64,000 nt of DNA from an archaeon GW2011_AR18 (GTDB taxonomy: Archaea; Nanobdellota; Nanobdellia; SCGC-AAA011-G17; GW2011-AR18), in contig JWKX01000004.1 in NCBI GenBank assembly GCA_000806155.1, positions 1,185-65,184 on the forward strand, given 5' to 3'. Both the position numbers and the translations under genes were made by a program. Positions 48,208 to 57,950 of this stretch are shown here, in pieces. The notes under the pieces were generated by a model, which made no database searches, was not told where the DNA came from, and worked only from the letters and a program-made list of their open reading frames with translations. Every line of letters starts with the position of its first letter. Position 1 is the first letter of the stretch.

Positions 48208-48726
48208 CTAATTCACTCTTCCTTTTAAATCTAAAAATCTAGATTCAATACTTACAACTTCTACTATTCTATTAACTTTTTGTTTATGCATTCTTAATTC
48301 TTCTTTATACTGATTCCAGTCATAAGTTTGAATACCTTCCATGAACTCTTTTGGAACATAATAATGCCAAGGTCCTCCTATTCCATTATCAAAGAAATAC
48401 AAACTGCCACATCTCATTCTCTCTTTGTTCTCTGCTTGTCCTTTTACAAATTCTATGGCATTTATATCTACATCTAAAACTATTTCCGGATGAACTCTTG
48501 CTTGAACTCTATTATCAGAACCCCAAGGTAAAGAACATTGTACTATACATTCTTTTTTTAACTCAAAATTTTTTGGATCAGAAATTTCAAAATTTTCTTC
48601 CCAATAAGAATACATACCTAACTCGCTTTTATGTTCTCTTAAATAATCTAAAGTTCTTATTATCTCATTAGGACTTAAACTAACAAATTTGTCCATAGAA
48701 AATGTAGACCTGTAAAGTAATACCAC
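48208..48726 (-). CDS. Hypothetical protein.
   Basis: ORF only. Confidence 0.3.
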   Translation of the reverse strand: MVLLYRSTFSMDKFVSLSPNEIIRTLDYLREHKSELGMYSYWEENFEISDPKNFELKKECIVQCSLPWGSDNRVQARVHPEIVLDVDINAIEFVKGQAENKERMRCGSLYFFDNGIGGPWHYYVPKEFMEGIQTYDWNQYKEELRMHKQKVNRIVEVVSIESRFLDLKGRVN

Positions 48727-48761
48727 AAAAATCTAATAATAGAAATATCTATAAACCTATC

Positions 48762-49154
48762 TTAGGCAGCAGGTGCAGCTTCTTTCTTAGGCATAACTTC
48801 TTCTAAAGACTTAGAACCATATTTTGTAACTTTCATATTCAACTGAACGATATCAGCATTAATTAAATTACCAACAACAGTCTTACGTTTACGCATTCCT
48901 CTGTAAGGAATATGAACACAAGGACCTGAAGATAATAAAGCAGATTTCTTACCGAAACCGGGCATATCAGGTCTAATAGGACAACCAGACTTATCAGAAC
49001 CACCAGTAATCTTTAATTCATAACCATCTAATTCTAATTCTGAACCATTAACCTGTTCTCCTACTTTCCTATTATTGAAAACATTATCAGGAAGTACTTT
49101 CTGGTAAGCTTTACCTGTCTTAGGATCATTAATAACAACTTTAAGTTCTGCCAT
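48762..49154 (-). CDS. rps6e: 30S ribosomal protein S6e.
   Basis: Contains KVVINDP.TGK...ITGGSDKSGCPIRPD...RKRKTV.G. Confidence 0.9.
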   Translation of the reverse strand: MAELKVVINDPKTGKAYQKVLPDNVFNNRKVGEQVNGSELELDGYELKITGGSDKSGCPIRPDMPGFGKKSALLSSGPCVHIPYRGMRKRKTVVGNLINADIVQLNMKVTKYGSKSLEEVMPKKEAAPAA

Positions 49155-49249
49155 AAAAATTGAAAAGTTAAATGGTTTATAAAGCTTACTTTTGAGATAA
49201 AATCTGCTAAAAACTCTAATTTTTGTGCAAATATCAAACTAAAAGAAGC

Positions 49250-49756
49250 TTAATTCTGAGATTTAATATATAGTTTCAAAGGACCTAGGAATGGAGTAAA
49301 AATCTTTTTAGGATTATTCTCTATTAATTCTTTAAGTTCTTGAATAGAAATCCATCTATGATTCTTTGCAGATTCTGTATCTTTAATTTTACCATGAGCT
49401 TCACATCTAAAAATAAAAGTAAAGTAAGGACCTTCTAAAAACTGTGAAACACAGAAAGGATAAAAAACTTCAGAGACATCACCATTATTAAAATAAGTAT
49501 CAGACTTATTCTCTAAAACCCTTATCAATTCAAGATTGCATTCTTCTTTTATCTCCCTTCTAAGAGCTTTAAAAATATCTTCACCTAATTCAACTTTACC
49601 TCCAGGAATCTCTAAAGTTTTATGATACTTAATGTCTTTAGTTGTATCATCATTTTTAAGAACAATCCTCTCCTGAATAAGAATTCTTTTTTCTTCTGAA
49701 GAATTATCTTCAATAATAGCACCAACAACAGTTATAGGAAAACCAGATTCTTGCAT
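49250..49756 (-). CDS. NUDIX hydrolase.
   Basis: Contains the Nudix box GGKVELGEDIFKALRREIKEECNL. Confidence 0.75.
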   Translation of the reverse strand: MQESGFPITVVGAIIEDNSSEEKRILIQERIVLKNDDTTKDIKYHKTLEIPGGKVELGEDIFKALRREIKEECNLELIRVLENKSDTYFNNGDVSEVFYPFCVSQFLEGPYFTFIFRCEAHGKIKDTESAKNHRWISIQELKELIENNPKKIFTPFLGPLKLYIKSQN

Positions 49757-49847
49757 ATACTACTTTAATAATCATGACTTATAAAACACATATAGGGTAT
49801 AACAGAACAAATTAATAAAATAAGTGTTAATATTTAGAAAATGTTAA

Positions 49848-51557
49848 CTAAACACCCCAAGATGGTAAAACCTTTCTTTTAATTTCTGCAATCTCTTTCA
49901 ATGCTTCTTTCTCATCTGCTTTGAGAGTGTCTTTTAATTTTTTATAAATCTTGAATTGTTCCTCATTAATATCTGAATATAGAATATCTCCCTCCTTGAC
50001 TTGTCTTCCCATTGTTACTCCTGCAAGAGCTAAAGCAATAGACTGTCCTTTAACAGCTTCCTCAATAGATTTACCTTCGTGTTGAATAGATTTAGCATCA
50101 GTAATGTAAGTTTCACGCATCAATGGTGTTCCAGATTTTAATGTTCCTAATAAAATATCAACACCAACAACAGCTGGATTAGATTGCCTGAAAACATAAC
50201 CTTCAAGAATCTTAATCTTACAAGGCCTTACCAAATTTTTTAATTGCTTGGATTCCATATCGGATTTTTTATTATTATACCATTCCTCAAATTTATCAAC
50301 AACAGAATAAATAACCTCATTTGTAATAACAGAAACAGATTCTGAATGTAAACTCTTAACGCTAAAACCAACAACAGCTTTGTATAAAGGATTAATATTA
50401 GCTTCAGCTTCTGCAATATCTTTCTTAGAAACATTACCAATAGAGGCACCTTTAATTTTTATTTTTTTATCTTTCATCAAATTAATCAAAGCTTCCAAAG
50501 AACCTAATGAATCTGCTTTCAGAATAATTCCTTCCTCATCAATATCAAAAGTAGTCTCTTCAATCTGTTCGTTAACTTCAATCTTTATTTTTTCTAAATC
50601 TTTATTTGCAACTTTTACTGGCATCCCTGGAATTATATTACTAGAATCCTGAGGGGATATCTTAACACCAATAGCTGCCTGCGCTTCTTTCAAAGGCTTA
50701 AGCTGATTTTTTTCAACAATAAACATGGCTTTTACTTTAGTAACAAGAGAACCATGCAAAGTCCCAATAACAATCTTATCATTAACTTTAATCTTGCCAG
50801 AATAAATAATGGTGTCCATACAAGTTCCTAAACCTTTTTCTTCAGAGACTTCCAAAATAGTTCCTTCACCAGGAGCTTCATCATCATATTCTAATTGAGA
50901 TTCTAAAAACCTTTGAGCAAGACCAGTAACCATCATCAATAATTCAGGAATACCTTCAGAAGATTTAGCTGATATAGGGGTAATAGCAATAGTTTTGGTG
51001 AAATCATCAATACGATCATAACGATCAGCAGCTAATTTGAAACTATCATATAATCTAGAGACAATAGAATAAAATTTTTCGTCAAATAATTTCTTGACAT
51101 GAGCATTCTGTTTTTCGAAATTTTTCTTGAAAGAGATATTAGGATTAGAAGCCCAACCATTAACTAAATCAATCTTATTCAAAGCAATAATAAAAGGAGT
51201 CTTGTTTTCTTTAAGAATCTCAATAGACTCAATAGTCTGAGGTTTGATTCCTTCGTTAATATCAATAACTAAAACAGCAATATCAGCTAAAGAACCTCCA
51301 CGCTTCCTTAAATTATTAAATGCTGCGTGACCTGGAGTGTCGATGAAGAGTAAACCAGGAACTTTAACTTTCTTAATATCTAATAAATCCTTACAAATAT
51401 CTTTAACAGCTTCAATTGAGATAGAATAAGCTTTAATTGATTGAGTAATCTTACCAGGTTCTGAAGAAACAATAGAGGTCTTTTTAATAATATCAATAGT
51501 GCTTGATTTTCCAGCATCTACATTACCCATTATTGTGACTATAATCTGTCTTAGCAT
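49848..51557 (-). CDS. infB: Translation initiation factor aIF5B (IF-2).
   Basis: Contains G1 GNVDAGKSS, G3 DTPGH and G4 NKID. The domain order and length are typical, and it lies downstream of ndk as in the conserved operon. Confidence 0.9.
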   Translation of the reverse strand: MLRQIIVTIMGNVDAGKSSTIDIIKKTSIVSSEPGKITQSIKAYSISIEAVKDICKDLLDIKKVKVPGLLFIDTPGHAAFNNLRKRGGSLADIAVLVIDINEGIKPQTIESIEILKENKTPFIIALNKIDLVNGWASNPNISFKKNFEKQNAHVKKLFDEKFYSIVSRLYDSFKLAADRYDRIDDFTKTIAITPISAKSSEGIPELLMMVTGLAQRFLESQLEYDDEAPGEGTILEVSEEKGLGTCMDTIIYSGKIKVNDKIVIGTLHGSLVTKVKAMFIVEKNQLKPLKEAQAAIGVKISPQDSSNIIPGMPVKVANKDLEKIKIEVNEQIEETTFDIDEEGIILKADSLGSLEALINLMKDKKIKIKGASIGNVSKKDIAEAEANINPLYKAVVGFSVKSLHSESVSVITNEVIYSVVDKFEEWYNNKKSDMESKQLKNLVRPCKIKILEGYVFRQSNPAVVGVDILLGTLKSGTPLMRETYITDAKSIQHEGKSIEEAVKGQSIALALAGVTMGRQVKEGDILYSDINEEQFKIYKKLKDTLKADEKEALKEIAEIKRKVLPSWGV

Positions 51558-51764
51558 CTGAAAATGAGAGAGATTAATATTAAAAAAGTTTGCATTTATG
51601 CATAGAAAATATATATTAAAATATTTAAGTAATAATAACCATTACAAAGTAAATAACCAGTGTTGATACAACAGTAGTGAATATATTCTTCATATAGTCT
51701 ATTTGGGCTACTTATAAATAAGAAACTGACTAACTATAATTACACTATATCGGGGGTGGAAGAA

Positions 51765-51896
51765 ATGGAAAATGGGTTTTTAAGCAAAAGAATGGGGAGA
51801 AAAGAAAATAGATGGTGGGAACAAGAATTTGAAGATGACTCACTAAATGCAGAAGAATGTGGAGTGCTGGATGGATATTACGGCGGAGATGATTAA
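51765..51896 (+). CDS. Small acidic hypothetical protein (43 aa).
   Basis: My own translation gives MENGFLSKRMGRKENRWWEQEFEDDSLNAEECGVLDGYYGGDD. A GGGGGTGG ribosome-binding site lies upstream of the ATG. Confidence 0.35.
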   Translation: MENGFLSKRMGRKENRWWEQEFEDDSLNAEECGVLDGYYGGDD

Positions 51897-51976
51897 AAAA
51901 TAGATTGAAAGAGTTGATAGAAGGCCTTGTCAACTCTCTTTAATTTATAATCAATAAAGAAATAATGAGGTGAAGA

Positions 51977-52120
51977 ATGAGAGATGAAATAAGAAAGGTG
52001 ATGAACTTCTTGAGAAAAGAAAATACAGAAAGGTATCATAATACGTATTCAGATAATTATGCAATGAAAGTAAGTATAGAAAATGGGTGCAGGATAATAA
52101 GAGTAGAAAAATTCAATTAA
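51977..52120 (+). CDS. Small hypothetical protein (47 aa).
   Basis: My own translation gives MRDEIRKVMNFLRKENTERYHNTYSDNYAMKVSIENGCRIIRVEKFN. A GAGGTGA ribosome-binding site lies upstream of the ATG. Confidence 0.35.
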   Translation: MRDEIRKVMNFLRKENTERYHNTYSDNYAMKVSIENGCRIIRVEKFN

Positions 52121-52608
52121 ATAACCTGAGAATCGTGAACAGTATTATATGAGTGCAGTTCCTTATCTGAAAACCATAAACCCAATTCAGATATAGCTTC
52201 CTCCCTATTACCAGAAGCATGAATAAGATTAGGAATTGCACGATTATTATTATCTGCATAAGTATAAGACATATGAGCAAAATCTCCTCTAATAGTTCCA
52301 GGAGGAGCAGTCTTAGGCTCAGTAGAACCAACAATCTTCCTAACAACTTCAACAGAATCAATACCCTCTAAACAAATAGCAACAACAGGACCTTCAACCA
52401 AAAATTTAAGTAATTTATCCCTGACAAACTGGCCTCTCCTAATTGTGATATCTTCAGTATAATGTTTCAATGCTCTTTCATTATCAGCCCAGATCATCTT
52501 CATACCAACAATCTTAAGACCAGCATTCTCAAATCTAGTGATAATAGTTCCTATCAGGCAACGTTTAACAGCATCAGGCTTCAATAAAACAAGAGTTCTT
52601 TCAATCAT
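52117..52608 (-). CDS. ndk: Nucleoside diphosphate kinase.
   Basis: Contains ERTLVLLKPDAV, GTIRGDF and NLIHASG. Confidence 0.9.
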   Translation of the reverse strand: MIERTLVLLKPDAVKRCLIGTIITRFENAGLKIVGMKMIWADNERALKHYTEDITIRRGQFVRDKLLKFLVEGPVVAICLEGIDSVEVVRKIVGSTEPKTAPPGTIRGDFAHMSYTYADNNNRAIPNLIHASGNREEAISELGLWFSDKELHSYNTVHDSQVI

Positions 52609-52644
52609 TTTAAATAACGGAAAATTAAACTATTTATAAATCTA

Positions 52645-52944
52645 ATGAAAATTTTTATATATTACAATTATCAGAACAATACTATGCCATGGACTGAATT
52701 TTATGAATTGTTAGAATCTTTATTAAAAGATATTAAAACTAATAAACCATATATGAAAGAAATAATATTATGGGTTGTGAAAACATACAATGCAAAAGAT
52801 CTTGATGATGTTGAAAGGAAAATAAAAGAACTAAGAGCAAGTGCGAGAGAAAGAATAAAGAGAGAGTGTCATTATAATGAAAAACAACTGAATGAAACAG
52901 GATTTTTTATAAAAATCATAAAGAAAAAATTAGATAATAACTGA
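52645..52944 (+). CDS. Hypothetical protein, weakly paralogous to 52989..53213.
   Basis: ORF only. The two share a W.(E/D)FY....(S/N).L.D N-terminal pattern. Confidence 0.3.
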   Translation: MKIFIYYNYQNNTMPWTEFYELLESLLKDIKTNKPYMKEIILWVVKTYNAKDLDDVERKIKELRASARERIKRECHYNEKQLNETGFFIKIIKKKLDNN

Positions 52945-52988
52945 ATATTTACAAAAGTTTAAATATAAATCAATAGAGAATAAAGACA

Positions 52989-53213
52989 ATGGAAGAATGG
53001 AAAAATTGGAAAGATTTCTATCAATATATGGATAATGCTCTTGAGGATGGAGATGTTAAAGCTCTAATTTTAAAAACAATTAAAGAGGGAGAATTAATAA
53101 AATTAAAAGACTTATCATTGTTCCTGAATTTAGAGAAAACTCTTGCTAAGACCAACCCTAAAGTAGTTGAAAAAGCAATAAATTTTGTTAAATTAATCAG
53201 GCAATACAATTAA
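52989..53213 (+). CDS. Hypothetical protein.
   Basis: ORF only. Confidence 0.3.
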   Translation: MEEWKNWKDFYQYMDNALEDGDVKALILKTIKEGELIKLKDLSLFLNLEKTLAKTNPKVVEKAINFVKLIRQYN

Positions 53214-53231
53214 AAAAAGAGATAATAATAA

Positions 53232-53423
53232 TTAAACAGTAGTTTTACCTTTAGCTTTTCTAGATTCCTGAGTCCATTTAACTTTTCTAGGATTCCTACC
53301 TAAATCAAGATGATTTTTTTCACACTTAGAAGAGCAATAAAATAAAATATTAGAGTCATTCTTGACGTACATCTTACCTGTACCTTTTTCCATATTATGA
53401 CCGCAAAAACTACATTTAACCAT
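53232..53423 (-). CDS. rpl24e: 50S ribosomal protein L24e.
   Basis: Contains [17 protein letters not shown]...FYCSSKC. Confidence 0.9.
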   Translation of the reverse strand: MVKCSFCGHNMEKGTGKMYVKNDSNILFYCSSKCEKNHLDLGRNPRKVKWTQESRKAKGKTTV

Positions 53424-53477
53424 ATTAAAAAAATCCTCCTAATTTTTTGGTATACGAAAATAATATTTTCATCATAT

Positions 53478-53810
53478 TTATTTCCTGCCCTGAGTGAGCT
53501 TACGAGCTTCAATCTCAGTCTCTCTAAGCATCAATATATCACCAATCCTAATAGGACCTTTAACGTTACGTCTAAGAATACGTTTAGTATCACGACCTTC
53601 AAGAACTCTACACCTGACTTGGATAGCTTCTCCCCTCATACCAGTCCTTCCGATAACCTCTTCAACCTGAGCAGGAACAGCTTCAGTAAATACTACAGCT
53701 TTACCACTAGTAGATTGTTGTTTCTGTTCAGGTTGTTTTGCTCCTTCCTGTTGAGGATTAGCAACTTTCTCTTTCTTACCCTTATCAGAATGTTGTTCTT
53801 TATCAGCCAT
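53478..53810 (-). CDS. rps28e: 30S ribosomal protein S28e with a ~40-residue low-complexity N-terminal extension.
   Basis: Contains [48 protein letters not shown]. Confidence 0.85.
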   Translation of the reverse strand: MADKEQHSDKGKKEKVANPQQEGAKQPEQKQQSTSGKAVVFTEAVPAQVEEVIGRTGMRGEAIQVRCRVLEGRDTKRILRRNVKGPIRIGDILMLRETEIEARKLTQGRK

Positions 53811-53811
53811 T

Positions 53812-54183
53812 TTATTTCTTTAATTTAGCAGTAATTTCCTTAATCAACTGTTTAGAATCTCCTTCCTGAATAATAGCGACTGCAGATGTAGGGATATTCA
53901 AACCAACATTAGAAGCTAATTCTTCTTTAGTAGGAACTGGAACTAAAATTATATCCTTCTCATCGCATAAAGCAGGCAAGTGCATAACAATCTCTTTAGG
54001 ATTAACATCCTTAGCTACAAGAACAAGTTTTGCAACTCCTCTCTCAATAGCTTTAGTAACTTCATTAATTCCCTTCTTAATCTTTCCAGTCTTAGAAGCT
54101 ACAGCAGCAGCCTCGTAAGCCTTTGAAACAACTTCCTTTGGAATATCAGCATTCAAATCCATATTAACCTCCATGTTAATCAT
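53812..54183 (-). CDS. rpl7ae: 50S ribosomal protein L7Ae (K-turn binding).
   Basis: Contains [25 protein letters not shown]. The probable true start is MDLNAD at 54162, behind GGAGGT. Confidence 0.9.
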   Translation of the reverse strand: MINMEVNMDLNADIPKEVVSKAYEAAAVASKTGKIKKGINEVTKAIERGVAKLVLVAKDVNPKEIVMHLPALCDEKDIILVPVPTKEELASNVGLNIPTSAVAIIQEGDSKQLIKEITAKLKK

Positions 54184-54247
54184 CGGTTTAATAGAGAGGA
54201 GGAATATAGACTATTTATATAGTTTTCTGTAAAGAAATAATAAAAAA

Positions 54248-54409
54248 TTATTTCTTTCTCTTATACTTGTGTTCTAGAAGTCTTTCTATCTTAATGTCAA
54301 GAACAGCAATATTTCTTTCAAGAGTATAAATCTTCCTTAAACTCCAGACAATGCCAAGAACTGCACCTAGAATAACATATAAAACTAAAGTATTAGTATC
54401 AATCATCAT
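54248..54409 (-). CDS. Small single-TM protein (53 aa).
   Basis: My own translation gives MMIDTNTLVLYVILGAVLGIVWSLRKIYTLERNIAVLDIKIERLLEHKYKRKK. Confidence 0.3.
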   Translation of the reverse strand: MMIDTNTLVLYVILGAVLGIVWSLRKIYTLERNIAVLDIKIERLLEHKYKRKK

Positions 54410-54466
54410 TTCACCTCTTATATTATTTTTAGAGTATTACTTGTATAAAAATGTTTTGAAAAATTT

Positions 54467-56056
54467 TTAATCCTTACTCATCAAATGCTTCATAATAACA
54501 CTGAAAGCTGGTCTAGTAATCAAAACACCACCAGTCACTCCTACAATAGTAGCAATAGCGAAACCAGTAAGTAAACCGGCACCAGCCCTTAATAGAGGAA
54601 GCATAGCAGCAACAGCAGTAAAGTAAGCAACCATGATAATGAAGAAAGCTTTCTTGATATTAGCCTTAACCTCATCAGGATTGCCTTTAACAATATCATC
54701 AGTAATAACAATCTGATCATTAACACCAGTACCAATAGCAGCAATAATACCAGCAATAGCAGCAATATCAATATTATTCTTGAAAAGAGCAGAGAAACCA
54801 AGAATTATAAAAATCTCGCTGAAAACAGTAATCATTATTGGAATTACAATCTTGAAAATCCTATATCTAATATAAATTACAAGTAAAACACCAATAACAG
54901 CAAGAATACCAACCAGTAAAGCATTCTTCAAAAAAGCCTCACCAAGTGAAGGGGAAATTGAATCAACTTTCTCAACACTCAACTTAGTGGGAAGGGAACC
55001 AGTAATCAAAACAGTCTGTAATTTATCTCTGTTAGCTATAGCATTAGTAATAGCTTCTTTTTCAGTAGAACCAAAACCAGGACCAGAGATAACAATACGA
55101 GTTGCTTTATTACCTTTAAGACTAGAATCAACCTGCAAACTATCAACCATAATACCATCTAAGTAAAAATCAATAGTCTTTTCTAAAATCTTCTGACCAG
55201 AAGCAGTAGTGTTAATAGAAAGATCTTTAGTAATATCAGCATGCCTAGAAGCAGCTTCATCACTTAAAGAAATCTCAAACTCAAACCTGCAGCCAATACC
55301 CTCAGCAGATCTTGAGCATGGAGTAATAATCCTAGAACATGTACCATCAGTCCTGCATACATGAGTAATATCTTTATTTCCACCTTCGAAAACAGTCTTA
55401 TCACCAATCTTAGCCTCGAACTTACCCTGAGAGGCAACAAGATTCTTGACTTCCTCTTTAGTAGCTCCAGCAATCTCAACAACAATATACTTATTACCTT
55501 CAAGATCAGAAGCAGATTTAATACTCAGATCAGACAAACCATAAACATTCAGACGTCGCTCCATAGTTGCAATAAGATCTTTCATCTGATCATCTGAGAC
55601 CTTATCTTCAGGACGAAGCAATACACGAGTACCACCCTGAAGCTCAAGACCTTTCCTTAAATTTGAGGAAGCTTCCTTGACAGGGGTTATACCGATATCA
55701 TCTGAATTTTTTATAAGAACATAAGTCTGTTTGCTAGTAGATATCCTAAAACTTGAATTAAGAGGGATTGAATCAACAAGAATAGAGAAATCATTGATAT
55801 TATCAACTTCCTTATTATTAACACTAAAGATCTTTTCCCTGGCAGTAAGTTTTGTATCTGAAGATGCAGATAACATCCCAGCCATAGCAGCAGAACTATT
55901 AGAATCAACAGAACCAACAACAATACCCTTATCACCGAAATTATAATCAATAGCTAGGAATGCCATCAACAAAAAGAATAATAAAATAATTACTCTAGGT
56001 TCCTTAAGAATTTTTGTGATTTTCATTGTATGTTTTTCCTCTTGCAGTAAATCCAT
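54467..56056 (-). CDS. secD: Protein-export membrane protein SecD.
   Basis: Has an N-terminal TM segment, a large periplasmic-type domain and a C-terminal 5-TM bundle (GLELQGGTRV motif). It overlaps secF upstream. Confidence 0.85.
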   Translation of the reverse strand: MDLLQEEKHTMKITKILKEPRVIILLFFLLMAFLAIDYNFGDKGIVVGSVDSNSSAAMAGMLSASSDTKLTAREKIFSVNNKEVDNINDFSILVDSIPLNSSFRISTSKQTYVLIKNSDDIGITPVKEASSNLRKGLELQGGTRVLLRPEDKVSDDQMKDLIATMERRLNVYGLSDLSIKSASDLEGNKYIVVEIAGATKEEVKNLVASQGKFEAKIGDKTVFEGGNKDITHVCRTDGTCSRIITPCSRSAEGIGCRFEFEISLSDEAASRHADITKDLSINTTASGQKILEKTIDFYLDGIMVDSLQVDSSLKGNKATRIVISGPGFGSTEKEAITNAIANRDKLQTVLITGSLPTKLSVEKVDSISPSLGEAFLKNALLVGILAVIGVLLVIYIRYRIFKIVIPIMITVFSEIFIILGFSALFKNNIDIAAIAGIIAAIGTGVNDQIVITDDIVKGNPDEVKANIKKAFFIIMVAYFTAVAAMLPLLRAGAGLLTGFAIATIVGVTGGVLITRPAFSVIMKHLMSKD

Positions 56057-56898
56057 AAAATCCCTGCGTTAGTCAAATAAGTTGTTATAACATCAATAAT
56101 CAAAGCTATAAAAATTATAGTAAACATCTCCTTAATCACAGTATTGTTACTAGCAACCAAGCCAATAAGCATAACAACAAGAGCAGCAGTAGTCATAGTC
56201 AAACCAGTCATCATAGAATGCCACATCCTATCAAATAACCTGCCTTCTCTTCTTTTAATAGACCAAGTAGTCAATAAGATATCAGTATCAATACTATAAC
56301 CAATAATAAGCATGAAAGCAACAATACCAGCAGTAGATACAGCAATACCCAAAATATTTACAATAGCCAATGTAATAACAATATCTGTCAAAGCAGCGAA
56401 TATAACAGCAATACTAGGAGCAAGAGTCCTGAAACTAATAAAAACTGAGATGCCCATCAGGATAAAAGCGAACAATAATGAGATAACCAATTGTTTGAAA
56501 AATGAATTAGATAATTTAGGTGAAGTCTCCTCAACACTAAAATTATCATTATTCAAAACAATACCTAAAGTATTCTCTAACCTGACTTTAAGCTCATCAC
56601 CAGTAATATCAGATGCCTCGATAATAAGACCAATCCTTTTACCAGTCCTGATATCCTCTAAATTCCTTACATTATACTCAATACCAAGATTGACTAATTT
56701 AGAATCATCTAATTCCTGAGATGTATGGATAGTAGCAGAGACACCACCTTTCAAAGATATATCTTTATCGAAAAAATCACCAGTTGTTGAATATTTAAAA
56801 CCAATCAAAATTATAGAAATAATGAATAATATTATAGGGATATACATAAGAATCTTAAAATTCTTATTCCAAAATGATTCAACTTTGTCTTTAAACAT
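56023..56898 (-). CDS. secF: Protein-export membrane protein SecF.
   Basis: Has the typical SecF topology and the block FRTLAPSIAVIFAALTDIV...GYSIDTDILL. Confidence 0.85.
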   Translation of the reverse strand: MFKDKVESFWNKNFKILMYIPIILFIISIILIGFKYSTTGDFFDKDISLKGGVSATIHTSQELDDSKLVNLGIEYNVRNLEDIRTGKRIGLIIEASDITGDELKVRLENTLGIVLNNDNFSVEETSPKLSNSFFKQLVISLLFAFILMGISVFISFRTLAPSIAVIFAALTDIVITLAIVNILGIAVSTAGIVAFMLIIGYSIDTDILLTTWSIKRREGRLFDRMWHSMMTGLTMTTAALVVMLIGLVASNNTVIKEMFTIIFIALIIDVITTYLTNAGILWIYCKRKNIQ

Positions 56899-56984
56899 TA
56901 ATCTTTTGATTTATTATTCATTTAAAAGGTTTTTGTTGATTAAGCCGTAGTAAAGGATAAAAAACTATTTACTAAACAAAAAAT

Positions 56985-57950
56985 ATGGGAGTATTACAAT
57001 TTCATGATCTAGAATATCTGGCAAGAGTTTCTGATCATTTAACATCAGCACAGAGAAATAGATTTCTTGAATTAGCAAAAAGAGACACACAAGGAGCATT
57101 AAAATATTTTTACAGCCTAGAAGGACAAGATCCTTATAAACATATATCTACAGAAGCTAAAGTTAAAGGAATTGAAAAGTTAAAATTAGGCGATATACTT
57201 GAAGCAAAAGATGAGATAGATTATAATAATGAACAAGTACAAAGATCATTACAAATAGTGAGAGATTATATAAAAGATGATGAAAGATTAACAAGAGTAT
57301 TAGAACATCTGACTTCAAGATCTTCATTGGAGACTATTGCAGAATTTGTTGATGATCTCTCATTAGATGACATAAGAAATAAATTAGAGATGTTAGCTGA
57401 CAGACTAATAGATGAAGAAGGAATACTTGCAGTACCAAAAAGAATTGTGAGTGTAGACTTCGGAAATGTTGTTGAGGTTAAAAAGAGGAGAAATTATACT
57501 CAAGAATCTCCTTTAGAAATATTTAAAAGAACTTATAATAATACCATTACACGTGAGGAATTTAATCGTCTTGATCCTTCTTTATATAAAGCACTGATTA
57601 AACATAAACAAATTGATAAGGCAATACCAAGAAAGTCTAGATTACGAAGAGATCATATTTCTATATATAGAGAAAGATACGGATCTTTGCATTTAACTAG
57701 AGGTCAATTGCAAAGTAGAGACCCTGCATTGTATAAATCTTTAAGATTGAACAATCAGTTACATTTTATACCCAAATCTTTGAATAGAAACGATTATACA
57801 TCTTTAGATCCTATCAGAGTTTTTAATTCAAAATATGGTGAATCTAATCCGAGTAGGAATGAACTTAGAACTTTGGATCCTGCACTTTATAAGGCTCTAT
57901 TTAGGTATAACCAAATTGACGAAGCTATGCCTAAGAAAAAAAATTCTTAA
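56985..57950 (+). CDS. Hypothetical protein with three C-terminal ~45-aa repeats carrying a DP(S/A)LYK(A/S)L motif.
   Basis: The repeats are REEFNRLDPSLYKALIKHKQIDKAIPRK, RGQLQSRDPALYKSLRLNNQLHFIPK and RNELRTLDPALYKALFRYNQIDEAMPKK. Confidence 0.35.
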   Translation: MGVLQFHDLEYLARVSDHLTSAQRNRFLELAKRDTQGALKYFYSLEGQDPYKHISTEAKVKGIEKLKLGDILEAKDEIDYNNEQVQRSLQIVRDYIKDDERLTRVLEHLTSRSSLETIAEFVDDLSLDDIRNKLEMLADRLIDEEGILAVPKRIVSVDFGNVVEVKKRRNYTQESPLEIFKRTYNNTITREEFNRLDPSLYKALIKHKQIDKAIPRKSRLRRDHISIYRERYGSLHLTRGQLQSRDPALYKSLRLNNQLHFIPKSLNRNDYTSLDPIRVFNSKYGESNPSRNELRTLDPALYKALFRYNQIDEAMPKKKNS

